Assembly: GCA_016748015.1 (NCBI GenBank)
Contig: JAAOMT010000135.1
Location: 372,001-436,000, forward strand
Direction: 5' to 3'
Source: Geosiphon pyriformis uo1
Lineage: Eukaryota > Fungi > Glomeromycota
DNA: 64,000 bases
This document shows, piece after piece, positions 39,620-51,900 of this stretch (the first letter of the stretch is position 1; every line of letters begins with the position of its first letter). The position numbers and the translations under genes are program-made. The notes below the pieces were generated by a model. It did not search any database, had not been told where the DNA came from, and was given only the letters and a program-made list of their open reading frames with translations.

Positions 39620-40351
39620 AATATAATTGTAATTTTAATATTATTATATGCAAATTCTGTTAATTAATGTTATTTTAAAGTCTATTTTTTGTTAATAATA
39701 TATTATTAATAAAAATAATACAGTTAATATAACTTTATGTTTCAATTAACACTTTAAAAATTTAATAACAGATATTATTGTACTTTTTAATAATTGTTTA
39801 TGTAATAATGTTTTTTAAAAGTTAAAACAAATATAAATTAAAAAAAATTAATAAATATAAAATATAAAAAAAATTTGGGATAAAATAAATTAATTTTGTT
39901 TTGTTTAATAAAAAATAAAAAACAATTAATACTTTTAAAAAATTCTGGTTATATTTTTCAAAAAAAATAATTAATTAATTAATAAACAAGTAAAACAAAA
40001 TTATTATTTTTTCTGTATTTTTATAATTACAATTAAAACAAAAAAGTTAAAACTTTTTTATTATCTAAAACAATTAATAATATCTTTATTAATAAAGTAT
40101 TTATAATTATAAAAATTACTTAATAATATTTTATAGTTATGTTTTTTTTAAATAAAATAATAATTAATTAGTTTTTACTAATACAAAAACACTATTTTTA
40201 TTTTTAATTAAAAGTTTTTTTTCTTTTAAAATTCTATTAAAAAAACTTATTTAAAATAATTTTAATATGATTTCTGTTTTTTAAAAACTTTAAGTATTTA
40301 ATAAAAAATCAATAATTAAGTTATTTTTATTTTTATTATTGCTTAAATAAT
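39620..40351. repeat. AT-rich repeat (inverted copy of ~31605-32130), continues at 43671 after the LINE
   Basis: Reverse-complement match; the sequence resumes after the LINE poly(A) (aaaacagccaaaaaa vs ttttttggctgtttt at ~31640). Confidence 0.75.
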
Positions 40352-43300
40352 AGTGTAATAAAAGAAATTGATATAAAAAAGTTGTTTTTGATTGTTAATA
40401 ATTTGCCAAAGCTGTTAAGTTGTCAAGAATACCTAATAAATTTTGGAGACATTGTAATGAAGAAATATTGGTTTGTTTTTTGAAGTTATTGAATTTATGT
40501 TTGACTTTGGGTGTAATTTTAATTCCTTAAAAAAGAGCATAAATTTCAATAATTCCAAAACTTTATGAATAGAATGGCATTTTAACAAATACTAAGCCTA
40601 TTATACTAATTAAAACAGCTCAAAAAATTTTATCTAAGATCTTTTCTAATTAGATTTCATTAGCATACAACAAATTTAACATATTTTGTGAGAATAATTT
40701 TTTAGTATTAAAAAATATTTTGACTTAGTTTTCTGTTTTTGTCATTGAGTCAGTTGTCAAGAATACTTTAAAAAAGGGTAAAAAACTTTGATTAGTGTTA
40801 TAGAACATATACAAAGCTTATAATTCAGTAGGCTGACATCATTTAAAGACTAGTTTGTGTTATATTAAAATGTGCAGTTAGTTTATTGAGTTTTTTGGCA
40901 GTATTTATAAAGATTGAATTAACAGAGTTATGACAAATTTTGAACTCTTAAGTAGTTATAAAATACATAATAATTTGGATTAGGGTAAGATTTTCTTTTT
41001 ACTCCTTTAGAGAATTTTTTATGATCCACTTTTGTGTAAAGTAAAGAGATACAAACACTTGTACAGTTATTGTATTAATACTAAATTTGTGTCAAAAACT
41101 GGCAGAGTTGAGATTGTTGGAAAGAAAACTTTTTTTTTGGCTGCTGGTATCTTTGTTAATAACACAATTTAAGTTGGAAGCTGTCAAGCTTCTATGCAGT
41201 ATATTTTGAATATTGCCTGGAAGTTTTTTGATATCAATAACATTTTAATTAATAATAATAAGATAGTAATTATTTCTATCAATTAAGATGTTAAGACTGT
41301 TTTATTATTGATCAATAGTTTATTGATTTTGATTGCTAAGTGGAGTGAATTGCACAGATACTTGAGTATTTTTTTGTTTACTAAGAATCTTTTTAGATCT
41401 AGTTTGGTCCAAACTTATGTGAATGTCAAGTTTTTTTCTAATGTAGTGTTTAGGAAGATTATTACAAATAAACAATTTTCTTACTTGGTTTCAGCTGTTT
41501 TGCAGTCCATAATTAGCTATCAAATACAGTTTAGTTTTGTTTTATTAGATATATGTTACAAGTGAGATATTATGATTAAAAAAGATCTTAGATCAAAGAC
41601 TGGTTTACTATGTGATTTTTTTAATAAGATCTTGTATCATTCTTCTTTGTATGATTTAAAATCTTTCAAGCAAGTGCAATCTGAAAGAAAGTTGGTCTTG
41701 CTAGTTTTTTTTTCCAATGCCTATGGTATTTTTAGATGTTTATTTGAACATAGATTTTTGGATTTACAAATTCTGGAGTAGTTTTTTTTAAATTCTTTAC
41801 AGTTTCTTGTCAAGTTACAAGTTAGTTCAGTAAATAATTTTTTGGCTGGTGTAGTGAAAATTTTTTTGGAGAATAAGCTATCTTTGGCAAACAATTTGTC
41901 CAATGTTTTTTATGAATTTGACAGGTTTTCAATATCTAACATCTTAAAATATTCTTTATATTACAATTTTGTTCTTTCTTTAAAGTGGTTTGATGTTGTA
42001 TTTAGTAATAGGCTTTTGAATGAAAGAAAAAAAATAATGGACTAGAAAACGTTTTAGTGGTAGAAGAAGTTGGATTCAAGAGACCCTATTTCTTATTAGT
42101 TTATGTTGGTGTTTGAGTTTATAAGCAATAATGTTTCTTTAAGTGTTAGATCTGTTATTGCTTCTGAATTGCCTGTGCTGAATGTTTTAGATTCTGAGAG
42201 ATTTTCTGAGATATGTGGTGGTTTATTAAAGATTTGGTTTGACTGCATTGAGGTCTACACAGATGGGTCTTTGAAGAGTGCTGGTTCTATTAAGGTAATA
42301 TATAGAGTGGCTGCTTACTTTCTGGCTATAAATAAGAATATTGGAATTGAAGTAAAGGAGCTTTTGTCTTATACTTTGGTTAAGATACAGGCTATTGTCT
42401 TGGCTTTAGAATGTGTTTCATTTTTATGTGTTATAACTTTGTATTTGGACAGCCAATCTGCAATTAATGCTTATGTGTTTAAGGCTTTGTGTAATGTGCT
42501 GAACTCTACAGTTAATGTTGGATTGAAAGATTGTATATAGTTAATCTAATTAAGAATAAAGACATTTTGGTTAAGTGAGTAAAGATTAAGGGACATTTAA
42601 AGATTTTAGGCAATATTAAAGCTAATGTTTTGGCTGATAAGACCACTTTGTCTCCTTTTTTTTTGCCAATTGGAGTTCAGAAACAGTTTTTGGTTGCTAA
42701 GAATATAACAGTATCTAATAACACTTGTTATTTTGTTCATGATCTGTACTGGTCAATTTGTCATGCTTATTAGAAGGCTGGTCCTAATTATAACATGATT
42801 TCAAGTGCTATAATTTAGAAAATTAATTGGACTGCTACTACAAAAGTCTGACATCCTGACTTACATATGTTCTTTGAGTTCATTAGTAAGATTTCGGTCA
42901 ATTTGTATACATATATGATAAAGACAATACATCAATAACTATTGGTTGTTGTTAAAAAAAAATTGTATAACAAGAATTATTTGGGAGGTTTTGTGCTTGC
43001 TGTGTAATAAAGTAGAGTTGTCTGATCATGTTTTTACTTGTTTTGGTGACTCTAATCTTCATAAAAATGTTTTGGTTAAGACTGCTAAGAGTGAGTGTTG
43101 TTGGCAGGCTCCTTTGCTCATCTACTTCTGCTATTTTGCATTCATTTTCAATGTATTCTTTAAATATAAGTCTGTATATTGCTATTTGCAAAAATTTTGT
43201 GCTAAAAGATTGATATATTGTAACTGTTGTAGTTCTTAAAAAAAAGAAAAAAGCTGTTCTAGTTTTTGTCAAATTTGTTAGGTTTATGATGGAATTGCAT

Positions 43301-43670
43301 CAGATTAAGGTGTGGCTTATCAGATATAAACATAAAATGAACATGGAAAGAACTGGGTTGGTCAATAATAATGGTTTGATTTCAGGTTTTTTTTACTGTA
43401 TAGTATTTATGTTGTCAAATAGGGTTATTTATATACTTGATATTATGGAATTCCTTGTTGTTAGCTTTAGTAGATGCAAAATATGTCATTTTTTTTCTGG
43501 TTTAGGTGGTAATACAGTTGTTTGTATAGATGTGTAGTATTGGCTTGATTGGTTTAAGTAGTTGGTCATATGTAGTAAGTGCATAAATTGTATTTAATTT
43601 GATCTACTTAGTTTGGTTTTATATACTAGATAGCAGTTGAACTTTACTTATAAAATTTGATAATAAAAAA
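40352..43670 (+). mobile_element. 5'-truncated decayed LINE: ORF2 RT, RNase H, CCHC finger, 3' UTR, short A tail
   Basis: LTNTKPIILIKT, IYKAYNSV, IFYDPLL, AGIFVNN (decayed FVDD), VYTDGSL, CLLCNKVELSDHVFTC; stop 43537; putative TSD ttaaata(a/g)t at 40343-40351 / 43671-43679. Confidence 0.88.
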
Positions 43671-43881
43671 TTAAATAGTCAAAAAAACCAAAACAGCCAA
43701 AAAATAATTTCTTTAAATTTTTGTTAAATTTAATAATAATTCTATTAAAATGCTAAAAAGTTTTTTTTTGGTGTTTTTAATAATTTTAATATTTTAAAGT
43801 CAGTTTTTTTCTTATTTTTTTGGCTTTTTTATTAGTCTTATATTATTAATATTAATTATAATATCTAATAAAACAAAATAA

Positions 43882-44125
43882 TTTTTTTTTTCTTTTTTTT
43901 GTCTTAAATTTCCAAAAAAAAATTCAAAATTTTGAAAAATGTTTTTTCTGTTTTACTGTTTTATATTTTACTAATTTTTAAATATCTAACTTTTTTGTTA
44001 TTAAACTGGCTATTACTATAAATAATTCTAGTGCTAAAAAAAAGTTAACCAGAATTGCAGTTTTAAGTTCTGTTAGTGAAAGCTTGTCTTAAAAGCAGAA
44101 GTTGTCACTTGACAATATTAAGCAT
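43882..44125 (+). mobile_element. 5' end of another LINE (T-rich UTR and start of ORF1), interrupted by D
   Basis: SSAKKKL...LDNIKH resembles the ORF1 start of the 17-20 kb LINE (KKK...GNIKY); similar T-rich leader. Confidence 0.55.
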
Positions 44126-47100
44126 TGTTACTTATAAAAAGACATATAAAAAAAAATAGAAAAAAACAGATAGACCAATAAAAGAGTAGTAGTTAGCATG
44201 TAAGCACATTGTTCAACAATATAGAGTAATGTCAGAAATTATAACATATTGCTTAGCAATATAGAACAATGTTAGAAAATTAGAGTATATTGCTTAGCAA
44301 TATAAATATTGCTTAAGAAATTATAGCATATTGTTCAGGAATATAAGCAATCTTGTAGAATCTAAATTATATATATAGCAAGAGTGTTAAAAGCAGAAGA
44401 AAAATAATTACCAAGACCTCTTCATTACTACATTTTTGTTGGAATTATTAATATCAATAAATAATTATTTACTATCTAAATTATTTTTCCCACTATTAAC
44501 ACTTTATGTTAATAGTATCTAATACCTGATCACACTGAAACAATAGCTTTTAATTATGGCTATTAACAAGATATTAACATTTATTGTCTTGGTTTATTTC
44601 TTTTATTTTATTTTTCTTCTTTTATTATTTTCTTGTTGTTTGCTAATTGATTAAGAATTTAGTACTAAGTTGTTGATGTTAAAAATTGTCTGGTAAAAGA
44701 CTCTTACAAATGGGTAAAACATGTAAGAAATATAGATTGCTTACCAGAAAAGTACTGGTCATCAAGCTGAAAAAAAAATTAATAAAATTAGATTCTGAAA
44801 AGCTATAGAAACAACTGTTGAATCTCTGTTCATTATACAAAGAACTCCAATCAAAACCTTTAAACAACCAAAACCTTCAGATATTATCAATGAAATTAGC
44901 TATTAAACACCAAGTTATGAGTTTGTTATTTAATTCAAAACTTTAAATATTACCTGTAACATTTGGTGCTTCCTATGAGGTATAATTTTACAGAAAACTA
45001 GCACTAACAACAACCATCTAAAAGTGGCAGAATTGGAAAGAATAGAAACAAACCATTTAGGATTCACCAAATCTTTATTTCAACACTACTGTCGACATTT
45101 GGAATTAATCAACAATTATCTATTAGCAGAATCAGTTTTCAATTTCTATATTAATGAGAGAATTTCATACTTGCTAGAAGTACTAGTAGAAACTAACTTG
45201 GCAAGAGAAAATTTTTACAACAAATTAATTCAAAATACCAGTCTACTAGTAAATTATAACTTTACAGCAATTCTCACTAAAATCAATAGAAAGATTGAAA
45301 ATCACACTCAACAAAGATATCCAATTATTTACACAAACAAAGACAAAAAAAAATTACAAATACTAACAGTAATACCTTAAAGAATACAACCACCCATTTA
45401 GAAGAAAACAAGACTTGAGCCACTAACCAATCCATCATACTACTATACACTCAGAAATGCCATCAACATCTCATTAGCAGACACATCCATATCAAGTGTG
45501 AAAACATTATTGGCACAAATACTATTCCAAAGTAAACAATCAAAAGCCAACCTATTAGGAATCTATGGCAAATATTTTGAAAGATTTAAATTACAATCAT
45601 CAATACTATCAGAGTTTTGATCACCATTATCTCCACCAGATTTCAGAACTGCAAGTCCTTGGGAAATAACTGAATCAGAAGAAGAGGAAGATGACAATTA
45701 GGAATTTAATTACCAAAACCTAATTGTAAAAAACCCAGAAGTTAAAATCCTGAATATTCAAATCCAAGAAAATCAGAACAATTTAACCCCCAACATAATT
45801 AATCAGCAATACTTACCTTCAGTAATTGAGATCAATTAGCTACCAGTTGAACCAATTGCTGAACCAATTCAATAGCCACAAGTATTATATTAACAATAAC
45901 CATAACCATCACTTCAGCAATTATTACAACAATCTGTAATTGCTTCAATAGTATTTGCCCCAATAGTAAAACTTGAAAAATTTACTGATGAAGAAGACAA
46001 TATTCAAGCATAGATAAATGACATCACCAAAGCAATTACAGCTAATAATTGGAACAACAACAGAGTCCTTTAAACAATCTCATATTTTTTACAAAATACT
46101 GCCCACTTATAATATTAGAGCTTGGCCCAGAAATTTCAAACATTTGATATGTTTAAACTGGAATTTTTAAGATACTTTAGTAATAATAACAGCATTAATT
46201 ATTTAGCCAATATTTTCACTACCATTAAACAAGGAGATACCAAAGCAGTTACTACCTACCTAGGACACTTTCACAGAAATCTGCAACAAATTCAAGTTAT
46301 CAATGCCAATTATTTCATAGTAACTCAAATTTTAAATTAATTTATTTACAGATTATGCAGCAGTATCTTCCAATGCATATATCCATTATATTTAACTGAC
46401 TTTCAAGCTGCTGTCATCCATGCCAAAGATTTTGAATTAGCTGAATTTGAAGCCAATCATTCCCAAGCCATAAATCTAGTAATGAATAGATCATCTGACT
46501 TAAATTTTAAATTGAAGCAGTTTAGTGATTCAATCAATCAGAAATTAGAGAGATACTTAACTAACAATTAAGCAATCTATTAACCTCTACAACAATGTAA
46601 TAATTTAGGAAACTCAAATCATTTCCAAAATCAGGCATGTCTATTATTGTCAACCAATCAATTATAACAATTAGAGATATATGTTTGCTACAATTGTAGT
46701 AAACAAAGTTACATTAAAGCTAGCTGCCAAGTTTATAGCAGTAACCCATAATTGGGAAATCAATATTGAAATCCCAATTGCAGGTTTCAAACTCTGAGTT
46801 ATTACTTAAATCAAGATTAATACCAATCTAATTACACCCAAATAATGTAACAACCAATATATGTACCTCTAATATATTAATCAGCAACACCTGTAATATA
46901 TTAACTATTGCAGTCACAACTAATTTATTAACATCAACTCATTCAAACACCATCACAAATAACTGTACACAATAGAAATTAGAAGCCAAGAACCATCCAA
47001 CAAAACTGGAGATTAGTGATAGTTATTCATCAACCAATTCTTAGTACATTCCAACAACTCTCAGAATTACATTCAAGAAATTTAAGAATTAAGTACACTC

Positions 47101-47967
47101 AAAACCCAAGTTTTCAGAACTATTTAAGTCTTTTGGTTATTCCAGAAGATACCTCCCTCAACAATTTGAAACCCAACCAGAAACCATTTACCAACAACAT
47201 TCTACTAACAACTGTTACCAATAATGACTTGTTAGTAGTTATCTTTCCCTTTAAACTTGAGAAACAGTTGGAAATATCTCTTTTTAGTGGTACTGCTCTT
47301 AAAAAAAACCCATAACTGCAATGTATACTAATATCAAAGCTGATGGTCAGTTCATCAAACTGATCCTTAATAGTGGATTAGTAGATAGCATCATTACATG
47401 ACAACTTATAGACCAATTAAATTACTGAGTTGATTATGCTGTTAGTATCACAATCATTACAGCCGATGAAGTGACCATAACCCCTATTGGCAAAATTAAT
47501 AACTTCTTTTTTGAAATTAATGGCATCATTACTTCCATCAAAGTTTTGGTGATGAAAGCAATCCAATATTAAGCACTAGTTGGCAATGACTAATTGTCCA
47601 AAACCAATGCAGTACTTGATTGGACCATGCAGAAGCTTCAACTCAGTCAGAATAATTAGCACACATGTATATCAGCCATATGCAGCCACTTTTGGACAAA
47701 CACTATGCCAACACCACTCATAGAATTGGAAGAAGAAGAGAACAAATCTACCTGGAAAGCTTATCAAGTATTATAGACCACAGATAATCACAACAAACTA
47801 CTGCTGATTTTAACCTGAAAAGACAAAGGAAAAGGAAAAAAAAGAGAAAAAGAGCTCACTTAAGCCACTACCTCCATTTATATTTTATACACTACACCTC
47901 AACCCAACTATTGTCAACCAAAGTTAGTGTGCATTAACTGTGGCAAGAAATTGTCATCCATAAATGT
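44126..47967 (+). mobile_element. Gypsy element D (family 1): 5' LTR 44126-44961, PBS 44964-44980, decayed gag and protease; cut by E
   Basis: tgttactt..tgtaaca, tt-tggtgcttcctatgagg; gag and PR colinear with B up to KLVCINCGKKL. Confidence 0.9.
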
Positions 47968-48938
47968 TGTTATCAGAGGTTTTTGGTCTCTTTTTTTGAG
48001 TGTTGCTAATGTCTGTCTGTTGCTAATTTCACATTTTCTGGAAGCAGTTGAACCTCTAATAACTAAATTTATCTTCAAATTATCTCCTATAATTTGAACT
48101 GCTGGGCTTATAAGTAGAATAGCCAATTCTATGCCAGTTACTTTGTGTAGTTACATTGTAGTAAACATTAACTTTTTCTCAGAAATTGCTTGTTTGAAAG
48201 CTCACTAAAATTGTGTAGTTACTTTGCTATGAAAGTCAACTCTTCTATAGGAATCTCATCTGTAAGCTACCCTAATGATTATGATAAGAAAAATAAAATA
48301 AAATAAAAAAAATATAAAAGAAATAGAATTCTGTTAAGGGAAACGTTTTCTATTTAGGCCTGGAGTTGCTAACAGATTACTGAAATTGATAGCTAATCAA
48401 TTTTAAAATCTTAGTCGAGTTTTGGAGAATTTCAAGTGTAATAATCAAAGATTTGGTTTTCGAATATTTAATTTTTATTTGAATGTGGAAAAAGTAATTT
48501 GTTTCAATTAAGATATCTAAAGTAAGATACTATGATGAAATACTATAAGAAGATACATTTTTTTGAAGAGAGAAGCTTTTCTTTTATACAATTTGTTGTA
48601 GTACTAGTCTTTGAATTTGCACTTTTTTTTTGCTATAATTTTGGTGAACTAAAGATACATTTCAGTAAACTACAAGTTATTTCACTGAACTATTGATTAT
48701 TTCGGCCAATTTTTATTAATTTCAGCGAATTTTGACTATATTAAATGGTTCAGGGTATTGTGTAATTTGATTATCTTAATTTCTATTATACAAATCGGAT
48801 TATTGATTGAGTAATAATATTTGATAATTTGATTAAATAATAAGTGATAATCGAAATAATAATAATATATGCTAATTAATAATAGAAATTATAAAAATAA
48901 TTTCATGCTAATTAATAGCTAAAATTCTACTGGTAACA
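47968..48938 (-). repeat. 3' LTR of E
   Basis: On the minus strand tgttacca...gataaca, directly after gagaagaagatta; no obvious similarity to family 1 or 2 LTRs; partner LTR not in window. Confidence 0.7.
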
Positions 48939-51900
48939 TAATCTTCTTCTCAAAACTGAGCTCTGTTGAAGTTCAAGCACTATCTGTGATGTTAAGATAG
49001 TAGTCCAAAATAATTGAAGTAATTTGGTCTAAAAATTGTTGAAATTTCAGTTCTGTGAGCTTTCCAATATATTGTATTTTCATTGGATGAAGTATTGGAT
49101 TTTGTAGAACGTTTTTACAAGTATTGAATAAATCATAGAGTCTAAATGCTGTTCTAAGTTTGTAGTGAGTGTTTGTGGGTCCAGCTGCTGTCATAAATTC
49201 ATTGTGAATTTGTTTTTGTATAGCTTCAGGAATAATATGTGTTGCTTTAAGTTCCAGTTTTCATTCATAAAGTGTTTTTTCAATATGAAAATATTTATAA
49301 ATAAGAGTATGTTCATTGTTTTGTTCATTAAGAAATAGTAAAAGTTTTTGTTGAATTGTAGCATTTGGTGAAATGTCAATGGAAGCAAATAAAAGGTTTT
49401 CTTTTAGTGCTTGCTTTAAAAGTTCTGATAATTAATTTCCAGAGTAATCTCTTGTTTTTCTTCTATAAGGGTAATAATTCTGAGAATTATTTACTACTGG
49501 TGTTGTGATTTCTTTTTGAGTGTAATTAATTTAACTTCTATTAATCATTATGAATAAGTCAAAAAGTATTTTTAAGGCTAACATTAATTTTTGAGATATT
49601 TGTTGAATATTTTGGAAAATAATTATGATAAAAATGACTAACTAAAAAATAAAAAAAATTATTTTTGGGTATGAGGTTTTTATTTGTTTTTGGGTTTGGG
49701 TGTTTTTTGTAATTATTTACTATTTTTGTTTTCTGTTTTTGTGTTATTAAAAAAATTATTGTAAAATTATGTTGAATTAAGTGTTCAACTTTGGTTATTG
49801 TTCTATGATAATTATTGAATCTAAATTTCGGAAAATATTTTCAGGATTAATTAAAGAGAAATATATACCAATTTGTGAAATTACTGGTTCAGGATTGTTT
49901 TTGGAATGATAGTGTTTCAATCAATTTTTATACACAACTTTTGCTAATACTTTGTCATCAAGTCTTAACTTGTATAATTCATTGTCTAGAATTTTATAGA
50001 TATAAAATGGTCTATCTCATTTATGTTTAAATTTTCCACTCCATTGTTTTTTAGCCTTAGTTTTGTGTAAGAAAACTTTATTTCCAACTTTAAATTCATT
50101 GGTAACTGGTAGCAGTTTGTTGTCATGTCTTTCTTTTTGTAGAGCTTGAAAGTGTTTAATATAAGTGGCTGCTATGTGTCTTTTTTCATTCAATGTACAA
50201 AAAAGAGTGTAGACTTTTCTTTGAAGTGTTTTTTGAAAGTTTTCTTTATTAATTGGTTGTATTGGGTATGTTTCTACTGTGAAATTAATTGGTAATGTTG
50301 CTGTTCTTCCATAAGTAAGATCAAATAGTATGTGTTTTGTAGTATCTTGTTTTAGTGTTTTGTATGCTAGTAACACTGATGGAATAAAGATATTCTATTT
50401 CTGCTCAAAATTTGTTGAGACTTTGGCTAAAAATTTAAACAATGTTCTGTTGAAACATTCTACAAGACCATTTGTTTGAGAGTAATAAGATGATGATAAA
50501 AGTCTTTTAATATTGAATTGTTCACAAATTTTTTGTATTAAGTTGTTCACAAAATGTGTTCTTTGATCAAATAAAAGTTCAATTGGGCATCCATATCTAC
50601 AAATAATGTCTTCATAGATGAAATTTGCTATTGATTTTGCATCTGCTTTTTGGATGACTCTAGCTTCAGACCATTTGGTAAGATAATCTACTACAATTGC
50701 AATATAACAATTTCCTTAAATTGTGATAGATAATGGTCTGACTAAATTAATTCCAACTCTGTTAAAAGGTTGTCTAATTTTAATTAGATTTAAAGGTTCT
50801 GTGGGGTGAGTTTTTTCTCTTCTTTGATAACTATTACAAGATTCTACATATTGTTAAATGTTTTTTTGCATGTGAGGCCAAAAATAATATTTAAAAGTTC
50901 TTTGAATTGTTCCATCTCTTCCCAAGTGTGCTGAAGAAAGATCTGTGTGCATGTTGTATAGAATTGTTTTTTTTTCATTTTTCTGTATTAATCTAAGTAA
51001 TTAATTTGAGTTTCTGCAATTTTTGTAATAAATTTTGTTGTGGTGTATAAAATATTGTTTGAATTGGTATTGTAATCGATGTTTTTCACTTGGAGACCAA
51101 TTTTTTGGCATGGTAAGAGTTTTCAAATAGTTTTTGATGTTTTTGTAATTTCTAAGATCTATTGTTGTTTGGTTAGTTTTGTTAATAGATTGGTAGTTGT
51201 GGTGAGATTGTTGTTAGTGTTAATTTCGTCTTATTTTTGAAAGACTGTCAACATTGGTGTGTAGTTTTCTTGGTTTGTGGTGTACAATATATTTGTAGTC
51301 TGCTAAAAAGTCATTCCATTAAAACTGTTTGGCATTTTGTTCAGTTTTCTTTTTGTTAAGCCATTTGAGACCAATATTGTTAGTTATAATATCAAATTCT
51401 TTTTTATTCTTTAAGTATTGTTAAAAGTGTTTAAGAGCCTAAATAATTGTGGCAGCTTTTAATTCAATTGAGCCATATTTGAGTTTTGTTGGCTTGAGTG
51501 TTCTGCTGGCATAGACAATGACTTGCTTCTGGCCATTTTCATTCAATTGTGATAGAATGATACCAAAAGCTATGTGTAAAGCATTAGTGGCTAGTTGAAA
51601 CTATTTGTTGAAGTTTAAATAAGCAAGAACTAGTGCTGTTGTCAATTTTGTCTTTAGATTTTCAAAGGCTTTCTGTTGTTTTTTAGTCTATTGATATAGC
51701 ACATTTTTGTTGGTAAGATAATTGAGTGGTTTGGCAATTTCTGAAAATTCTTTGATGAATTTCCAATAGTAAGAGGCTAATCTTACAAATCTTCATAGTT
51801 CTGTGGTATTTTTGGAAGTTTGAAAGTTTTTGACAGCACTGATTGTTTTTGGATTTGGTTTGATTCCATCTTTGCTAATAATGTGTCTCAGGAAGATTAA

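Noticed and set aside
39439-39621. 60-aa hydrophobic ORF
   Set aside because: Low-complexity T-rich sequence at the edge of decayed repeats.
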